A stretch of DNA of 64,000 nt, from contig OZ243961.1 of the NCBI GenBank assembly GCA_965214605.1, positions 1,696,001 through 1,760,000 of the forward strand, in the 5' to 3' direction. A program made the translations under genes and the position numbers. This DNA comes from an uncultured Candidatus Binatia bacterium (GTDB taxonomy: Bacteria; Desulfobacterota; Binatia; Bin18). Positions 58,901-64,000 of the stretch are shown here, one piece after another (the stretch's first letter is position 1; each line of letters starts with the position of its first letter). The notes under the pieces are model-generated. The model did not search any database. It was not told the DNA's origin and saw only the letters and a program-made list of their open reading frames with translations.

Positions 58901-59397
58901 CAGTAAAGTTGACTGGGAGCGCGTCCCTGGACCGACTCAAGCAGGTCGGCATAGCCGCACAGCTGGATGAGAAATTCAGGCTTCACCAGCCGTGCCAGCT
59001 TGGTCTCGTACACCTCATACGAATAGCCGCCCAGAAGCGATGGGGATTCAACCCGAATCAGAAAATCCGTCTCTCCGACAAAATCAGCCTGGGCCAGTAC
59101 GCCATGAAAAATTACCTCGCGGCCAGCCTGCATAGCGCGCAGCGTGTGTGTTACGCGGTCTCCGTCGGACGGAATGCTGTACACCCGGCGGCCCTGGACG
59201 CGAAGCTGTTCGAGGAAAGCCTGCTCGTGGCGGCGACCGTGTTCGGCCAAACTCAACTGCTGGGGCGATTCGGCATCCGGCTGAGCAGCCTGGGGGTCGT
59301 CAAGCCACCTGCGCGTCATCCAGCTCGCAAACGGCGAGCTCAGAAATTCGAGCAGGTCGGAAGGGCTGTAGCGATAGCGATCCTCATCCTTCCACAT
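55954..59397 (-). CDS. TM0106-family RecB-like nuclease fused to RNase H-like and DNA2/NAM7 SF1 helicase domains
   Basis: SPSDL, ETDFL..YETKLAR..IQLCGY, YFDLEG, YSIKNLE, YNRDDC, IQGPPGTGKT, VDEAGQ, GDQMQL, VDKFQGQEA, NRLNVALSRA. Confidence 0.92.
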   Translation of the reverse strand: MWKDEDRYRYSPSDLLEFLSSPFASWMTRRWLDDPQAAQPDAESPQQLSLAEHGRRHEQAFLEQLRVQGRRVYSIPSDGDRVTHTLRAMQAGREVIFHGVLAQADFVGETDFLIRVESPSLLGGYSYEVYETKLARLVKPEFLIQLCGYADLLESVQGRAPSQLYCVLGNGQVCAFRTADYIYYYRALKRAFVAFLYDLTPDRPSPNPWGGNGRWQSHAEALLQASDHLCRVANITQAQVEKLQAAGIRTMHGLANTDLRHVARLDETVFAQLREQAQLQLASAGADVPAYRVVQPVHPGPRRGLALLPPESALDVYFDLEGYPLIEGGREYLFGASCVEHAKPRFFDWWAHDSEQEKRVFEAFVDWAFARWQADPGTHLYHYGHYEVAALRRLMGRYATREAEVDSLLQNGVFVDLYTIVRQGLRVGEPRYSIKNLERLFHAKRTGLVGTALDSVVAYERWLASGEPQDWRASPILQEIRAYNRDDCESVWRLAGWLRKRQREAGIVPPKAGRAEATDPGERVIHSNPRHELAERLFAAIPQQREERAQDEQRWQTQEILGQVVEFHRREEKPVWWATFERQAMTEQELIEDFDCLGGLHRAPEPPVPIKNSLGFWFVFDPDQDTKLTRDATCFFAHDLAVTTAIQELDRDAGRVCLRFGRNKLQQFADGRPPARLSLIPNEHVSARVIAEAIEHTARNWQESRHLSPALADFLARRPPRLHPPGEERAGIPRSLVAPGEDLQTAAVRLVSGLDHSSLCIQGPPGTGKTTVGAAMIVSLLQQGKRVGISSNSHDAILNLMQKCSELRNDGLNCIKVGGPQDAPFFTHCREARYVSSIRYALPELTQVGLIGGTAWAFSAASMRDKLDYLFVDEAGQVPLANLIAMSASAKNLVLLGDQMQLSQPIQGSHPGQSGQSALEYLLQGRATIPDTLGIFLDSSWRLHPRLCRFISDTMYDGRLQAAPHTKNRLVRVPAHGARYIHQEAGLVFVPVEHTGNTQASDGEVDLIRRIVHELVGRELTDKTGQSTGTVRLDDILLVAPYNMQVRKLKAALGPQARVGSVDKFQGQEAAVVIMSMCASHGEAPPRGIEFLFNRNRLNVALSRAYSLAIVVAHPGLSRTRCTTLGQMAAVNVFCRVVEEGGSARGA

Positions 59398-59409
59398 AAA
59401 CCGCTGGCC

Positions 59410-60000
59410 TTATTCCAAGACAACACCACGAAACGACGACCCAAAACTCACCCCGGTCACATGTGGTTGGGCGGCCAGCAGGGTCTGGACGGAGTGACGG
59501 GCGTGGAAGTCCTGATGGACGGCGTTAAAGGCGGTATCGGCCCCGCCGCCTTCACGGAGTTCGGGCAGAACATGATCGAGTTGATGCAGTAAAATCCTGA
59601 CCTGTTGCCGGTTATAGACCGACCAGACGACCTCCTGACCGACCCCGACCTTTAGACTCTCGTTCAGGAAGAGTAGCGGAAACCCCTCCTGCTGGGCCAG
59701 ATTGTGGAGCAAATGATAGTCATCGGCCTGGCGGGGGTTCAGATAGGCAATGCCCTCAAGCAGGGACTGGGCGTCGGCTGCAATCCGAAACGCCACGGCT
59801 ATCAGCCACACCCCCTCCCGACCCTGATAGCCGACGAGACGCACGGTGATGGGCAGCCCTTCGCGCCGGAAGGAAAACAGCTCGCGTACCCGCATGGCCA
59901 GTCCGGTTTTGCGCCGACCGGACAGGCCAACTAGGGTGGGCGTGTAGAAAGCCTGCCGTCGCAGTCGGGCATGGTAGCCGGTGGCCACATTGATTTTCAC
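59410..60000 (-). CDS. Hypothetical protein
   Basis: 196-aa ORF with AGGAG RBS, ending 12 nt before the TM0106-like gene. Confidence 0.65.
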   Translation of the reverse strand: MKINVATGYHARLRRQAFYTPTLVGLSGRRKTGLAMRVRELFSFRREGLPITVRLVGYQGREGVWLIAVAFRIAADAQSLLEGIAYLNPRQADDYHLLHNLAQQEGFPLLFLNESLKVGVGQEVVWSVYNRQQVRILLHQLDHVLPELREGGGADTAFNAVHQDFHARHSVQTLLAAQPHVTGVSFGSSFRGVVLE

Positions 60001-60559
60001 AACACACTACTCCTTCGCTCACACGTCCAGTCCGGCCTTACATCTACGAAGGCGCGCGGTCAAGATGGGAGAGAAGCCGTCCCTGCCCATACGGGGCGAG
60101 GGACCTGATTATTCTTGGTCTCTTGTACGCCTTGGGCTGGATGCGTAACGCGGTATTTTGAGGCGCCTGAGGTCTTCATCATCCTAGGCTTTGCACGAGG
60201 CGTGGAGAGCGGTATCCATGCTGATGACAACAGGCGCTCTTCCCGTCGGCAGTCGGAGCTTGGCATGAGCAGCAAGAGGTCCCTCCATCCAAACGTGTGA
60301 TCTCGGACGTGTCAATCCCTTCGCCTGTCGGTGCGTCACGTCCAATTGACGGCGGAGGGTTTCTTGAGACTTGCCTGCGCTCGTACTGCAGAGCCTTTGT
60401 AGAGAGGGAATACGGATAATCTTCTTCCCTCGACCCGGTGTGGCCGATCGCCATAAAGTTTCGCAAGTAGTGGTTGGGGGCTCGCCGTTTTTCCTACGGG
60501 TTCCCGGCCGGCCTACGCTTGAATGGAGGCAGGAGCCGCCTTGAACCTGATGACCATTG

Positions 60560-61536
60560 TCAGCCGCTCCCCCGACCAGGAAGTGCATTAAGCATCTTGA
60601 AGAAGTCCGCCGGGGCAACCGGCGGCCCCTTCAAGTGAGCGCGTGGCTCGGAAGGCGGACGGGGAGCGGGGCGGGCGCTGGACTTGCCACGGCTGCCGGA
60701 ACAGTTTCCATGTCCTGTCCGGGACGATCTTCAAGAAAACCAAGATTCCCCTGCACCCGCGCTCTCGGCCTCCTTGTCAAGGCCGAGAAGCGTCGGTCAA
60801 GCTGTCGGTTGGCCCGCGCTCTCGCCATGAGCCAGCAATCGGCCTGGGAGATGCAGCCGTGTATCCGGGCGGCCCTACCCGGATACACGGCCGCTCTCCT
60901 GCAGGACCTCGGAGAAGCGGACGCAACCGACGTGGGCGGGCAGCCTCGGCGGCCGAACAAGAAGGCAACTCGGAAGCCGAACACACCGGGTCGAGGGACC
61001 ACAAAGACGGCAGGCGTCGGAGAGGGTGGCGGTGAGGGCGTTGTCAAGGTGGGTGAACGGCTGACCGGGTCGGCCGTCGCCAAGTTCCTCACGGGCACGC
61101 CTGCCATGGACGGCTCCCCCCTGCTTACAGAGGAATCCAAGGGCTCCAACACTATCCGGGAGCAGAGGCCCCAGGCCGGCATTCCTCATGAACAGGGGGA
61201 TGCCGAGGGGCCGGGTTCACCCCACGACCCTTGCAGGCTGTTGGGCCCTTCTGAAACGCTCCCGGTCCGGCCGGCCCCACCACTCCGGCAAACGGTCCAT
61301 TGCCGCTATCCGTGCCGGCAACCTGCCGGACATACCACGCCCGCCAAGACCGCCACGCTTTTGGAACCTACCTCCGGGGGGGCTTCTCATGAGTCCCAAT
61401 CGTCTTTTCTATGGAGTCTGTCCGACCCCAACGGCGGTTTGCCCCGCCACTGTCGGCGGGCAAAGGGGAGAAACAGGCGCGTGGCGTCCAAGCCCCAACT
61501 ACTAATTCCGTACAGTTTTTGAGAGAGGAAAGTGCC
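60560..61536 (+). mobile_element. Heavily degraded IS1595-family element
   Basis: Relic GRWTCHGCRNSFHVLSGTIFKKTKIPL plus EADATDVGG..PGRGTTKT in another frame; possible right end GAAAGTGCC (61528-61536); left limit approximate. Confidence 0.65.
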
Positions 61537-61556
61537 GAAAACCCCTTGGCCCCATC

Positions 61557-62548
61557 GGCACTCTCATGTAATATCCGGTCCTGTTGATGAGAGAGGACAC
61601 GGATACGGACATGGCGCACAAGGCACCCGGCAAGAGCGCCCGCGTAGGCATCTCTCTGGTCGACATCTTCCGCATGTTCCCGGATGACGCGACGGCGGAA
61701 GCCTGGTTCGTCGAGGGTCGCTGGTCCACCGGGATCGCAGGCCCGCATTGCGGCTCGCTGAACGTGCAGACTGGAGCCAAGCACAAGACGATGCCCTACT
61801 GGTGTCGCGGGCAGGAGTGCGCCAAGCGGTTCAGCGCGAAGACCGGCACGGTTATGGAGGGTTCGAAGCTCGGGCTGCAGACGTGGATGATCGCCGCCTA
61901 CCTTCCGTCCACATCGCTCAAGTCGGTGTCCGGCCTGAAGCTGCGCCGCGCTCCCGACATAAACCAGCGCTCGGCTTGGTTCCCCGCGCACCGGCTCCGA
62001 GTGGCGCTTTCCGAGGATGGCGGCATATGTTCCGGCCCGGTGGAGCTTGACGAGTCGTATTTCGGGGGGAAGCGGAAGAACATAAGCAACGCCAAGCGTA
62101 AGAAGCTCGTCGAGCAGGGGGCGAGTCGCGGGGCCATCGGCAGGACTGCGGTAGTCGGCATCAAGGATTGGGCTGCGAACCACATTCGTGCGAAAGTGAC
62201 GCACTCCGCCGTGGCTCCGGCACGGCAGGGATTCGTCGTCGCGAACACCAGCCCGAACGCCTCGGCGAGTACGTCAAGGGGATGGCGCGCACCAACGGCG
62301 TCGAGTCGTTGTGATCGATGCTCAAGCGCTCTCACATGGGCACGTTCCACGAGCTCTCGCCGCAGCACCCGGATCGCTGCGTGCAGGCATTCGCCGGACG
62401 GCACAACCTCCGCGAAACGGATACCATCGACATGATCGGCGCAGTCGCCGACGGGATGCCTGGCAAGCGGCTCCGCTCCCGCGAATTGATCGCCGACAAC
62501 GGACTCAATTCCGACGCTCGTTGCTCATTTCGTAGACGGACAAGTTGA
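61557..62548 (+). mobile_element. IS1595-family transposase pseudogene with putative left end
   Basis: MAHKAPGK..MFPDDATAEAWF..PHCGS..FSAKTGTVME, GPVELDESYFGGK; internal deletion/frameshift, then MLKRSHMGTFHELSPQH..FAGRHN. GGCACTCTCATGTA at 61557. Confidence 0.85.
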
Positions 62549-62558
62549 ACAGACTCAG

Positions 62559-64000
<1,442 letters not shown>

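Noticed and set aside
60557-62204. ORFs 60557-61522 (+) and 61368-62204 (-) as real proteins
   Set aside because: Composite or antisense readings of decayed IS1595 transposase DNA.

Overview
GC-rich bacterial chromosomal window. The gene content (many LLM oxidoreductases, GMC and PQQ dehydrogenases, eroded IS5/IS1595 and toxin-antitoxin relics) resembles metabolically versatile uncultured lineages such as Binatia-like sponge associates; that is inference only. Positions 1-13.1 kb are a defence island. It begins with the 5' part of a type III-B CRISPR-Cas operon on the minus strand (NE0113-type CARF gene, a small ORF, csx1, cas10/cmr2, cmr3, partial cmr4). A collapsed type III restriction-modification locus follows (DUF4391, frameshifted mod, internally deleted res) with a hicAB pair between mod and res. 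Two hidden signals stand out. (i) hicA is interrupted by a CRISPR-like mini-array whose 30-bp repeat is the hicA coding sequence itself (3 exact copies, 35- and 39-bp spacers). (ii) A GCAAGCTTGC palindrome sits at an identical distance upstream of two apparently leaderless promoters flanking the CARF gene, suggesting a cyclic-oligoadenylate-responsive transcriptional circuit. Positions 13.5-60 kb are mostly catabolic and housekeeping genes (tupBCA, haloalkane dehalogenase, hydantoinase/carbamoylase cluster, gor, UvrD-like helicase, TM0106 nuclease-helicase). The window ends with two decayed IS1595 elements followed by an RsrI/EcoRI-like type II R-M pair. No rRNA, tRNA or canonical CRISPR array was seen.
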